Positions 26,098-34,390 of a stretch of 49,303 nucleotides of DNA are shown piece by piece (positions within the stretch are counted from its first letter, which is position 1; every line of letters starts with the position of its first letter). The DNA is taken from NCBI GenBank assembly GCA_016927495.1, contig JAFGMP010000259.1, positions 1-49,303 of the forward strand, given 5' to 3'. Source of the stretch: Candidatus Latescibacterota bacterium (GTDB lineage Bacteria; Latescibacterota; Latescibacteria; Latescibacterales; Latescibacteraceae). The position numbers were made by a program, and so were the translations under genes. The notes beneath the pieces are model-generated. The model had not been told where the DNA came from, searched no databases, and saw only the letters and a program-made list of their open reading frames with translations.

Positions 26098-27756
26098 TCA
26101 ACTTTGTCTCTGCAAGTTCAGATGATCTTTATGCTCATACCCATTTATACGAAGCCGGTAACTGTACGATCCGGATGCACGGTTTTGTATATCCCATAAT
26201 GTCATATGAGCGCCGAAGGAGCGAAAACCGTCCACCGGAACATCGAGAAGCCGGCCGGTGTTGTCGCTGATTTCGAGGCGAACATACCCGCTCATGGGCA
26301 GACGGTATTCGAGAGAAGCATGATGGTTGTACGGATTCGCTTTGCCCTGATACAGGACGATTACTTCCGGCTTTTCAGGTTGGCTAAGCTGCTCGATGCC
26401 ATCGACCAACCTGTAATCGAACGGTTCGTCACACAAATGATACTGCGGCTCAATTTGCCCTTTATAATCACGCTGGAGGTAATAGGTGAGAAGCGGAGTC
26501 CTGTTGAACTGATAGAGCGGAGTCAATGTAGCGGAACCGTTTCCCCAAAGGTAAACCGGTATTTTCATTGGATCGAGCGCGTTTGACATACCCCGTTCGA
26601 TCGCCAGATGAAAGTAACCGAAATTACCCGGTTCATGACCACCGAGCCAGTGGCCGATAATATCGGTGCGAAAGGTATCCTTGCCGAATATTATATAATT
26701 ACTCATAAAATCCTGAACGGTAACGCCTTTCGATGAATCATCAGTGTTATTAACCGCATCGAAGGGGTGCGGGCCATTATTTCCGCCATCGCCGTCACGG
26801 CCGTAAATGCCCTCGATAATATTCAGGCCTCTGGGTGTTACCGACAGATTGTCGAGGGTACGGTGCGTCCATACTTCCTGCCAGCTTCCGCCGTTTTGCC
26901 CGGGCTTGTCCCACCTTGGTATTATATGTTCTGCGACATGCCTTTCATAACTCGATTGTATGGCCTTCAGTGCGTTATCCTGTAAATGCGGCGATAATCC
27001 CATATCGCTGTCGATTCTGGCACACAGTCTGCAGAAAGGTCTTGTCATTAAACCCTGAAGATTTTTACTGCACAGAGTCAGGCCCATGCCGTGCGCTTTG
27101 AATTTGGCCATGTTTAACAGCCATGTGTTTGGGGTATTTATCGGTTCGAGATGGGGGATTTCCCTGAAAAAGACGCCGTTCGGGACATTTGTCCAGTTGA
27201 AATCCCGTCCCGGTTCCATGTCGTCGCCGACATCACCTGAAAAATCGTTGCGGAAATCTATGCCGGCACGTTCGGCCATATCGAGGATGCCATATGTTTC
27301 GAACGATGTACCCCGGGGATTCTCACGGAGATGTATGTTTTTGCCCGGTATACCCAGTTTCTGAAGGCTCTCATATACACCCTCGGCAAACCAGGGATCG
27401 GTGACACAGCCCATTATGTCGTCGACGGGATATTTACCGGCATCCGTAGTCTTGAGATTCATTTTAACCGGAATCGATATCGAAAGAGGTATACCGTTCT
27501 CATCACCGGGAACAAAAACGCTTTTTCCAAAAATAAGTCCCGCCTCTATTTTAGCCGCTGTATTCAATCTATGATCAACATGGGTCGGCATAATAAAAAC
27601 AGCTTCGGGATGGTTTTCAATAAATGGATGAACCGTGAAATAGCCTCTGGATTGCCGACGCGACGGCAACACTTTAATCGGAACGCTTAATCCAAATGCT
27701 CCGGCTGCTGCTGTTTTCAGGAAGTTCCTTCTGTTTAACACTAATATAGCCTCCAA
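26098..27756 (-). CDS. Tat-signal DUF362-family protein with FlgD-Ig/T9SS-type C-terminal domain (paralogue 1)
   Basis: 552 aa. Twin-arginine motif NRRNFLKTAAAGAFG. DUF362-like motifs MAKFKAHGMGLTLCSKNLQGL, IIEGIYGRDGDGGNNGP and IIFGKDTFRTDIIGHWLGGHEP. The C-terminal ~85 aa fit the T9SS type-A sorting/FlgD-Ig pattern (LYQGKANPYN..LEYRLP.SGYVRLEISDNTGRLL...WD..NRASGSYSYRL). Confidence 0.75.
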   Translation of the reverse strand: MEAILVLNRRNFLKTAAAGAFGLSVPIKVLPSRRQSRGYFTVHPFIENHPEAVFIMPTHVDHRLNTAAKIEAGLIFGKSVFVPGDENGIPLSISIPVKMNLKTTDAGKYPVDDIMGCVTDPWFAEGVYESLQKLGIPGKNIHLRENPRGTSFETYGILDMAERAGIDFRNDFSGDVGDDMEPGRDFNWTNVPNGVFFREIPHLEPINTPNTWLLNMAKFKAHGMGLTLCSKNLQGLMTRPFCRLCARIDSDMGLSPHLQDNALKAIQSSYERHVAEHIIPRWDKPGQNGGSWQEVWTHRTLDNLSVTPRGLNIIEGIYGRDGDGGNNGPHPFDAVNNTDDSSKGVTVQDFMSNYIIFGKDTFRTDIIGHWLGGHEPGNFGYFHLAIERGMSNALDPMKIPVYLWGNGSATLTPLYQFNRTPLLTYYLQRDYKGQIEPQYHLCDEPFDYRLVDGIEQLSQPEKPEVIVLYQGKANPYNHHASLEYRLPMSGYVRLEISDNTGRLLDVPVDGFRSFGAHMTLWDIQNRASGSYSYRLRINGYEHKDHLNLQRQS

Positions 27757-27768
27757 ATGCTTATTATC

Positions 27769-29103
27769 TTACCATCCACGCTGTAAAAAATATGGGCGAA
27801 TGCTGTTGTTATACTCACGGCCGTTTTTCATGAAGAATCCTTTCCAGTAATACGGAAATTCATTCCGCTGCGCCATTTCATCGGTCCACTCTGCCACGAT
27901 GAGCCAGAGGATAAGGTCGCCTATAATACCTGTGGTAGGGCAAACCTTTCGGTCAAATCCTTCGATTGGGACAACACCCCAGCTTTCCGGTGAATAGCTG
28001 TTGAATGCGACATCAACCTCTTTGTAGAGCCTGTCGCCGGATGCATCTCCATCGGTCGAAAACGGTGTAATAGCCATAACGTATGCGTCTTTGTCGCGGC
28101 TTTCGCGGGCGACTGCTATCTCATCGGGATGGTTCGATGTATAAGCTCCGATAAGCACAATATCTCCTTTTTTAACCTGATCCGCGTTATATGGACGGGT
28201 AATCATCGGGCCGTTTGCCACACCGTTTGCATCGGAAACCAGAGCATGATTCGCTCCGAACACCCACCATTTTGCACCATCCATAACCAGATCGGCAAGT
28301 TTTTTCCCGACAGCCTCGAACTTTGGTTTATCCTGACCGACCATGAGGGCTCGTTCGATACATTTATTTATGTAATATTGCGCCCATCCGCCGTTTTGAA
28401 TTTTACCCTGTGTTGCCTTTAATCCCGCAAATTCAGCAGCGACCATCCAGTACACCGCGGCCTGAGCAAGACCGCCGCCGGGTATAATAGGGAAATCAGG
28501 ATTCTGCGGTGCTTTAACCAAACCGTTATACCAGGGCATCTGGCTGTCGATGGTCATATTTGCCGTGTCTTCGATGCGGAGGATCTTACCCTCATATTCA
28601 ATCTGGTAGCCCTCCTCAGGCGGCGTCTGTGCAAACGGGTAATAATTAACCGTCACTGCAACGACACGTATCCCGCGCTTCATTGCATCGATATTTCCCA
28701 GATTTATCGTATTGGTGATGATCATATCGTTGGGTGCGAGCTTTTGATAGGCATCCTCTTTGGCGCCACGTTCGAGAAAAGCAAGTACTCCTGGCTGTCC
28801 GATACGGTCGAGTGCTGTTTCCTCGGTCGGGAAATGGCCGGAGGTAATTTGTGAGTATATAATACCACCCTTTTTTGAGCGATCGTATGCTGTTCTCATT
28901 TCACGTTCGATTATAGGTATCTGTGTATCGTGTAGACCGGTGAGAATTTTCAAAACGCCGTTAAAATATTGGTCCCAAAACGGAGTCACGTCCTTAGCGA
29001 GACCATATGCTTTTCCGGCATTCATTGTTGAATACAACGTTGAACCTAAAATTCCTGTACATGATCCGGTAACGAAACGGCGGCGGGAAAGGTTGTTTAG
29101 CAT
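27769..29103 (-). CDS. Tat-signal protein with two SIS-like (sugar isomerase) half-domains
   Basis: 444 aa. Twin-arginine motif SRRRFVTGSCTG. Two segments have the SIS pattern of a buried strand plus a helix plus ...V.A(I/V)T: NDMIITNTINLGNIDAMKRGIRVVAVT and GDIVLIGAYTSNHPDEIAVARESRDKDAYVMAIT. The assignment is tentative. Confidence 0.45.
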   Translation of the reverse strand: MLNNLSRRRFVTGSCTGILGSTLYSTMNAGKAYGLAKDVTPFWDQYFNGVLKILTGLHDTQIPIIEREMRTAYDRSKKGGIIYSQITSGHFPTEETALDRIGQPGVLAFLERGAKEDAYQKLAPNDMIITNTINLGNIDAMKRGIRVVAVTVNYYPFAQTPPEEGYQIEYEGKILRIEDTANMTIDSQMPWYNGLVKAPQNPDFPIIPGGGLAQAAVYWMVAAEFAGLKATQGKIQNGGWAQYYINKCIERALMVGQDKPKFEAVGKKLADLVMDGAKWWVFGANHALVSDANGVANGPMITRPYNADQVKKGDIVLIGAYTSNHPDEIAVARESRDKDAYVMAITPFSTDGDASGDRLYKEVDVAFNSYSPESWGVVPIEGFDRKVCPTTGIIGDLILWLIVAEWTDEMAQRNEFPYYWKGFFMKNGREYNNSIRPYFLQRGW

Positions 29104-29157
29104 AGGTTGGTCCTTTGTAAATTCAAATAATAAGCATTATGTAATATACAATAATAT

Positions 29158-29574
29158 TTATTTGTCGGTAATATATGCCTTTGTCCACAATGTAATTGTT
29201 TCAGCGAGTTCTATTGCTTTTTCTACTTCTTGTTTTGTTATCTCAGTCATATAGCCAGGATAGCGGGTTTCAACTGCGTATGGTGTCAAAATGCCAGCGT
29301 CCTCAAAATCGGAGGGTAAAGTAATACCGCTGATTTTCAGAATGTCAATTAGCTGGTAAATATCATATGTGAGGGGAAAATCAACATTAGAAAATAAAAG
29401 AATTGCTTTGAGTGATTTTTCAACTGCCTGTTGTGCATGAAAACATATTTGTTGTGAGAGTATATTGTCGGGTTCAATACCGAGTTTTGCATATCTTAAA
29501 TCACTCAGTGCATGCTTGAGCCATTCTTCCGGAGAATTGGGCAGGTACTTATCACGTGTCCAATTCATAAACAA
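29158..29574 (-). CDS. HEPN domain protein (putative toxin of a HEPN/MNT pair)
   Basis: 138 aa. Pattern FHAQQAVEKSLKAILL...YAVETRYPGY is typical of stand-alone HEPN proteins. It overlaps the upstream nucleotidyltransferase gene by ~20 nt. Confidence 0.8.
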   Translation of the reverse strand: MFMNWTRDKYLPNSPEEWLKHALSDLRYAKLGIEPDNILSQQICFHAQQAVEKSLKAILLFSNVDFPLTYDIYQLIDILKISGITLPSDFEDAGILTPYAVETRYPGYMTEITKQEVEKAIELAETITLWTKAYITDK

Positions 29575-29920
29575 CCTTACCTTTTTTTATTGCTTCACGA
29601 TATATTAATCCTGGTGTCTGAGCAAATTTTTGAAGTTGTTCTTCCTGTAAGACAATAATATCAAGCGACATCATGATTCCTCTTAATGCTTGCCGTATAC
29701 GGACACTCTCGCTGTGCGGATTTTTGACATAATTTTCTGTGACAACCAGTATATCCAAATCGCTGTTAGAATCCATGTATCCGGTAACATAAGAGCCAAA
29801 AAGTATTACTTTTTTAGGATTACTTACTTCAATGATTTTTTTTACAGCAGTTTCGACTTTTTGTGGGGTAATTTCCCACAATTTAGATGTTGAATATATA
29901 TCTGTTTTAGTCATGTTCAT
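29552..29920 (-). CDS. Minimal nucleotidyltransferase (MNT, Pol-beta superfamily), putative antitoxin
   Basis: GS..(D/E).D motif: VILFGSYVTGYMDSNSDLDILVV. The start was moved to MNMTKTD (29920). The 21-aa track extension upstream of it is unsupported. Confidence 0.8.
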   Translation of the reverse strand: MNMTKTDIYSTSKLWEITPQKVETAVKKIIEVSNPKKVILFGSYVTGYMDSNSDLDILVVTENYVKNPHSESVRIRQALRGIMMSLDIIVLQEEQLQKFAQTPGLIYREAIKKGKVVYELDT

Positions 29921-30000
29921 TATTTCTCTTATGTAAAAACCGGTTTTTTTTGTTATGATACTCGAAAATAATGAGTTATACAATTAATAAATTACATGTC

Positions 30001-31584
30001 TTATGTATATAGCACCTTATGTTCACCCGCATCCCACTTCATTCCTTTGAAATAGGTATTGTACAAACCGGGTGCATCGAAACCTTCCCACACGACCTGA
30101 TGTTTCCCCGGTTCAAGTTCACCGTCTGCGAGTAGCTCTCCTAACTTTTTACCATCACTGTCGAGGATTTCAACATAGACATGATTGTGTTCAGGCACAA
30201 TTGATTCAACAGCCATCCTTCTGTCATACTGTTTGTCACAGTCGGGCATTTCCCCGAGTTTTTTGGCTTTCCAGGCTTTGTAATCGAACGGTTCGTTGCA
30301 GAGATGATATGTCGGTTCGTTCTGGCCTTTGTAGTCTCTTTGAAGGTATATTGTTCGCAGCGGTGTACGGGGAAATTCATTAAGTTTGGCCGGAGTTGCT
30401 TCGCCGTTTTTCCATGCATATACCGGAATATCGGAAGGATCAAGTACATCCGAAAATCCGCGTTCGATTGCGATATGAAACAGACCGAAATTGCCGGGTT
30501 CATGTTCCGCAAGCCAGTGGGTTATGATATCGACACGGAACGGATCGAAGCCAAAGACCAGCACATTACTCATGAAATCCCGTGAAGTGTAGCCGCTGGG
30601 GCTTTTTTCATGCGGACCTGCTCCGAAACCGTTGCCATCCATACCGTATATACCCTCGACTATATGAAGCCCTTTCGGTGATACGCTGTATGAATCGAGC
30701 ATACGTTGCACCCATTGTTCCTGCCAGATTCCGCCCTGATAACCTCCCGACGGTTTATCCCAGCGTGGGATGCCCTGCTGTACATGTCTGGCATACAATC
30801 GTTCAATATTTTTTTCAAAATCTTTTTTAAGGTATCTACCGTATTGTTGTCCGGCACTTTTCCGCAACTGGTTGTACGGTGTGCAGAATCTTCTGAACAG
30901 GCCCGGACACAATCCCTGAAGATTCTTTATCGTCGCGGTGATACCCATGGAATGAGCTTTGAGCTTTGCTATATTAACTAAAAATGTTCCCGGGTCGCCA
31001 TATGGTGTTATATGGCCGAATGTATCGAAAACAACGCCATTCGGGACTTTCAGATATTTAATAGCGCCCTCATTTACTTGCCAATAGTCTTTATTATAGT
31101 CTTCGAGGTTTACGCCGTTTTTTTGTGCCAGATCCTGAAAATCAACTTTTTTGAAAAGCTTAATTAGATCATTAGCAGCATTGGCGTAATATTTCTGAGG
31201 GCCGCATTTCATCATTCCCCGTACCCACCCCTCGATGAAGTTCGGGTCTGTGTTTTCCGCCATCAGGTCATCAAGTTTCTGGATACCGTGCCAGTTATGT
31301 TTCAGGGTCACCAGTGTGGAATTCGGATAACCTGAATCTGAGGGTACAATAAGTTCCTTTGCAAGTTTATATCCTTCACCATATATGTCATCTTCATCTT
31401 TTTTCGTTTTGACTGATGTGAGCTTAATAAATACTGCTTTTGGGTGTTCTTTTACAAACGGGTGAATATCAAATCCATGAGCATAAGTTTTGCCTGAACT
31501 CTGTTGCGCCGGTGAAACATGGCTCTCCAAAATTCCTGAAAGACCCGCTGCCGAAGATACTTTGAGAAAATCCCTTCTTTTCAT
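30001..31584 (-). CDS. Tat-signal DUF362-family protein (paralogue 2)
   Basis: 527 aa. KRRDFLKVSSAAGLSG. Collinear with paralogue 1 (IAKLKAHSMGITATIKNLQGL, IVEGIYGMDGNGFGAGP, LVFGFDPFRVDIITHWLAEHEPGNFGLFHIAIERG, YLQRDYKGQNEPTYHLCNEPFDY). It has a degenerate Ig-like tail. Confidence 0.75.
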   Translation of the reverse strand: MKRRDFLKVSSAAGLSGILESHVSPAQQSSGKTYAHGFDIHPFVKEHPKAVFIKLTSVKTKKDEDDIYGEGYKLAKELIVPSDSGYPNSTLVTLKHNWHGIQKLDDLMAENTDPNFIEGWVRGMMKCGPQKYYANAANDLIKLFKKVDFQDLAQKNGVNLEDYNKDYWQVNEGAIKYLKVPNGVVFDTFGHITPYGDPGTFLVNIAKLKAHSMGITATIKNLQGLCPGLFRRFCTPYNQLRKSAGQQYGRYLKKDFEKNIERLYARHVQQGIPRWDKPSGGYQGGIWQEQWVQRMLDSYSVSPKGLHIVEGIYGMDGNGFGAGPHEKSPSGYTSRDFMSNVLVFGFDPFRVDIITHWLAEHEPGNFGLFHIAIERGFSDVLDPSDIPVYAWKNGEATPAKLNEFPRTPLRTIYLQRDYKGQNEPTYHLCNEPFDYKAWKAKKLGEMPDCDKQYDRRMAVESIVPEHNHVYVEILDSDGKKLGELLADGELEPGKHQVVWEGFDAPGLYNTYFKGMKWDAGEHKVLYT

Positions 31585-31613
31585 TCATACTCCTATTATT
31601 AAAATAATTGAAC

Positions 31614-33047
31614 TTACCAGAATAGACGTTTCCCGGTATCTTTCCTGCGGGTATGCATATTTACTCCAAGTCTGTAGCGCTTTATTTCCTCAAGGTTTTT
31701 TACCGGTTCAACGGAATTTTTAGTTAACCGGTATATGTCGATTTTCTTTGGATCATTTTCGCCTAATCCCCGTTCTTTGGCTATCCGCGTATAAATGAGT
31801 TCTCTGGGGTCATGTCCCATAATGTATGAACCAACAGCATCGATTTCAAGCATGGACCGGCTTACCAGAATGACATTACACAACTGATCGGTACCGATTT
31901 CAAATCCACAACCGTCTCTGCCGATGACACCTTCGATGATATTGAGCGTCGGTTTCATTGCTTCTGCGGAATCGATAGCACGCTGACACCATTGCTCATC
32001 CCACATGAGATTTTCTATGCCGTTCATAAAGTCGCTGACTGTATCGGGATCGTCCTTAATCTTTTTGAACGTTTCCCAGCCGCCGCGGGTTTCATATATT
32101 GGATAATAACCCTCGTAATCCCAATGTTTGTATCCCTCGGCACGGTGTTTAAGAAATGCCGCCTCCACCCGTGGCTGGTAGTCTTTTACGAAGTCACGTC
32201 TGAAATTGATCTCATATGATTTTTCCGCGAGATGCTGCAATCCTGCCCATGTATTGCAATAATGCCCGTAGCCGGTTGCAGGAGCGCCCTGAAGGTTTTT
32301 GATACACAGTGTGGTCAGACCGAGATTATGAGCTTTAAGTTTTGCCATGTTGATAAATATAGTATCGCTGTCTCCGATGGGGCGACTGATCGGAATATTT
32401 TTCCACACAACGGGGTGAGGGACTTTGCACCAGTTGAGTTCATTTTTGCTGTAATGTGAAAATCTTCGATACGATGTTTCGATGAGATTGATATCGTATT
32501 TGTCAAAAACCGAATAAATGCCGGTTTTTCTGTGGATACGGGCATTACCACCTCGCTCGCTCACAATTGAATTGGTATTGCCGATTTCGCGTAACCCGTG
32601 GATAAATCCTGCTATAAAATCCGGTGAGGTGTTTATCCCTACAACCGGGCTCAGTACAGAATCCGGCACCGTTGTAAAATTAGGCTTTATAAGCGTAGCG
32701 CCGCCTTTATGGGTACCCTTGACAAATATCCTGTTAACAGAATCCTTTCCAATCTGCTGGAGTTCCTCCTGTGCAGCAGTAAAAAAACCCCGGTTATCTC
32801 TTGGTACATCAACATGTGTCTCGATCAGGAAAACTGCTCGGGGATTATTCAGTATCTCAGGCCTGATTTCCGGGATAGTGTTTTTTTCTTTTCCCGATTC
32901 GAGCAAACAAAGGGCCTCTTCAATGTCAATTCCGCCAGCGCTGCCAAAAGCTTCTACACTTTCAGGTACAGCGAGAGCCGAAAGAGCAGAACCGGCGAAT
33001 ATACCGCAACTGACCGCTGCTTTTTGAAGAAAAGTTCGGCGTTTCAT
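31614..33047 (-). CDS. Tat-signal DUF362-family protein (paralogue 3, most canonical)
   Basis: 477 aa. KRRTFLQKAAVSCGIFAGSALSALA. DUF362 hallmarks TLIKPNFT, MAKLKAHNLGLTTLCIKNLQGA, IIEGVIGRDGCGF and LVSRSMLEIDAVGSYIMGHDP. No Ig-like tail. Confidence 0.75.
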   Translation of the reverse strand: MKRRTFLQKAAVSCGIFAGSALSALAVPESVEAFGSAGGIDIEEALCLLESGKEKNTIPEIRPEILNNPRAVFLIETHVDVPRDNRGFFTAAQEELQQIGKDSVNRIFVKGTHKGGATLIKPNFTTVPDSVLSPVVGINTSPDFIAGFIHGLREIGNTNSIVSERGGNARIHRKTGIYSVFDKYDINLIETSYRRFSHYSKNELNWCKVPHPVVWKNIPISRPIGDSDTIFINMAKLKAHNLGLTTLCIKNLQGAPATGYGHYCNTWAGLQHLAEKSYEINFRRDFVKDYQPRVEAAFLKHRAEGYKHWDYEGYYPIYETRGGWETFKKIKDDPDTVSDFMNGIENLMWDEQWCQRAIDSAEAMKPTLNIIEGVIGRDGCGFEIGTDQLCNVILVSRSMLEIDAVGSYIMGHDPRELIYTRIAKERGLGENDPKKIDIYRLTKNSVEPVKNLEEIKRYRLGVNMHTRRKDTGKRLFW

Positions 33048-33238
33048 AATATTTCCTTTTCAAATTTATGTAAAAAGGATAGCTTAAATTGGTATGGATT
33101 TCAAGTAATTTATCAGCTCACGTGTCATATTTCCCGATTTTAAAATATTTATGCCATATACCGATATTATTATTACATTTTAAGATAAATCGGGTTAAAA
33201 AACTCTTATCATAAAATATTTAACAAAAAGGAATTCAT

Positions 33239-34372
33239 ATGACCTCAAGAGAAAGAGTATTAAGTTCCTATAACCGAAACGGCTATGACCGAATTCCGGT
33301 TAAACATGAGGGGACTCCTGAAATTAACCGTATGATTATGAATCATTTCGGACTAACCAATATCGAGCAACTGCTTCGTGTTGTCGGTGATGATTTCCGC
33401 TATGTGGAACCGGTTTACTGCGGGCCTGAATTACGTAGGTTCCCCGATGGTAGTGCCGAGGGTTTTTTCGGCGAGCGATACAATTATGCCGAATTTGACG
33501 GCGGCAGATATCTGGAGTCAGTGTACCAACCATTTGCCGGAGTAAACAGGCTTGAGGATCTGGACCGTTCACATTTTCCGAAAGCTGACTGGTTCGACTA
33601 TTCGACGATTAAACGTCAGTGTGAAGCACTAAACGGGGAATTTGCGGTGTGCTGTGGTAACGCGGGAGATATGGATTTCATTAACGGAATCGGCCGTGCA
33701 AAAGGTATGGAAGAAGTACTTATAAACCTGATTGAAGACAATCCTGCCTATCTGGAAATAATGAATGCCCGTTCCGAATTTTATATCGAACAGCACAGAA
33801 GGATACTTGAGGCCGCAGATGGATTGATTGATTTCACTCATATCGGTGAGGATCTCGGTAATCAAAACGGTAAAATGATCAGTATGGACATATTTGATAA
33901 ACATTTTGTTCCGAAGTACGGTAAATATTTTGAAATGGTTCATCGTTACGGGGCAAAAGTGATCATGCATATGTGTGGCACTGTTGTCGATTTTCTGCCG
34001 AGATTGATTGAAATGGGCCTTGATGTTTATGATGTTGTTCAACCTACCATACCTGAGATGGATATTGCTGCGCTCAAGTACAGATTTGGTGACAAACTGG
34101 TTTTTTGTGGTAGTGTCTGTGTCCAGACAACAATTGCATGGGGGACAACTGATGAAGTCGAAAGAGAAGTAACCCGCCGTCTCGAACTCTTTCCCGATGG
34201 AGGACTGTTCCTCGGGCCTTCGCATGCCGTGCAGGTCGGATCACCGCTGGAAAATGTTCTTGCAATGTATAGAAAAGCCGGCAGCCTGTGCGAAAAAATC
34301 GATCGGTCAATACTTGATATTCAGGATACGAAGGGTAATATAAATGAAATATCCATATCGAAACTTTTTTAA
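33239..34372 (+). CDS. Uroporphyrinogen decarboxylase (URO-D/MtaA-like) family protein
   Basis: 377 aa. Its overall pattern (N-terminal RIPV, GEDLG, MHMCGTVVDFLPRLIEMGLDVYDVVQP) is typical of the URO-D family TIM barrel. The function in this context is unknown. Confidence 0.7.
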   Translation: MTSRERVLSSYNRNGYDRIPVKHEGTPEINRMIMNHFGLTNIEQLLRVVGDDFRYVEPVYCGPELRRFPDGSAEGFFGERYNYAEFDGGRYLESVYQPFAGVNRLEDLDRSHFPKADWFDYSTIKRQCEALNGEFAVCCGNAGDMDFINGIGRAKGMEEVLINLIEDNPAYLEIMNARSEFYIEQHRRILEAADGLIDFTHIGEDLGNQNGKMISMDIFDKHFVPKYGKYFEMVHRYGAKVIMHMCGTVVDFLPRLIEMGLDVYDVVQPTIPEMDIAALKYRFGDKLVFCGSVCVQTTIAWGTTDEVEREVTRRLELFPDGGLFLGPSHAVQVGSPLENVLAMYRKAGSLCEKIDRSILDIQDTKGNINEISISKLF

Positions 34373-34390
34373 TTAAAGGGAGAATAGTGA

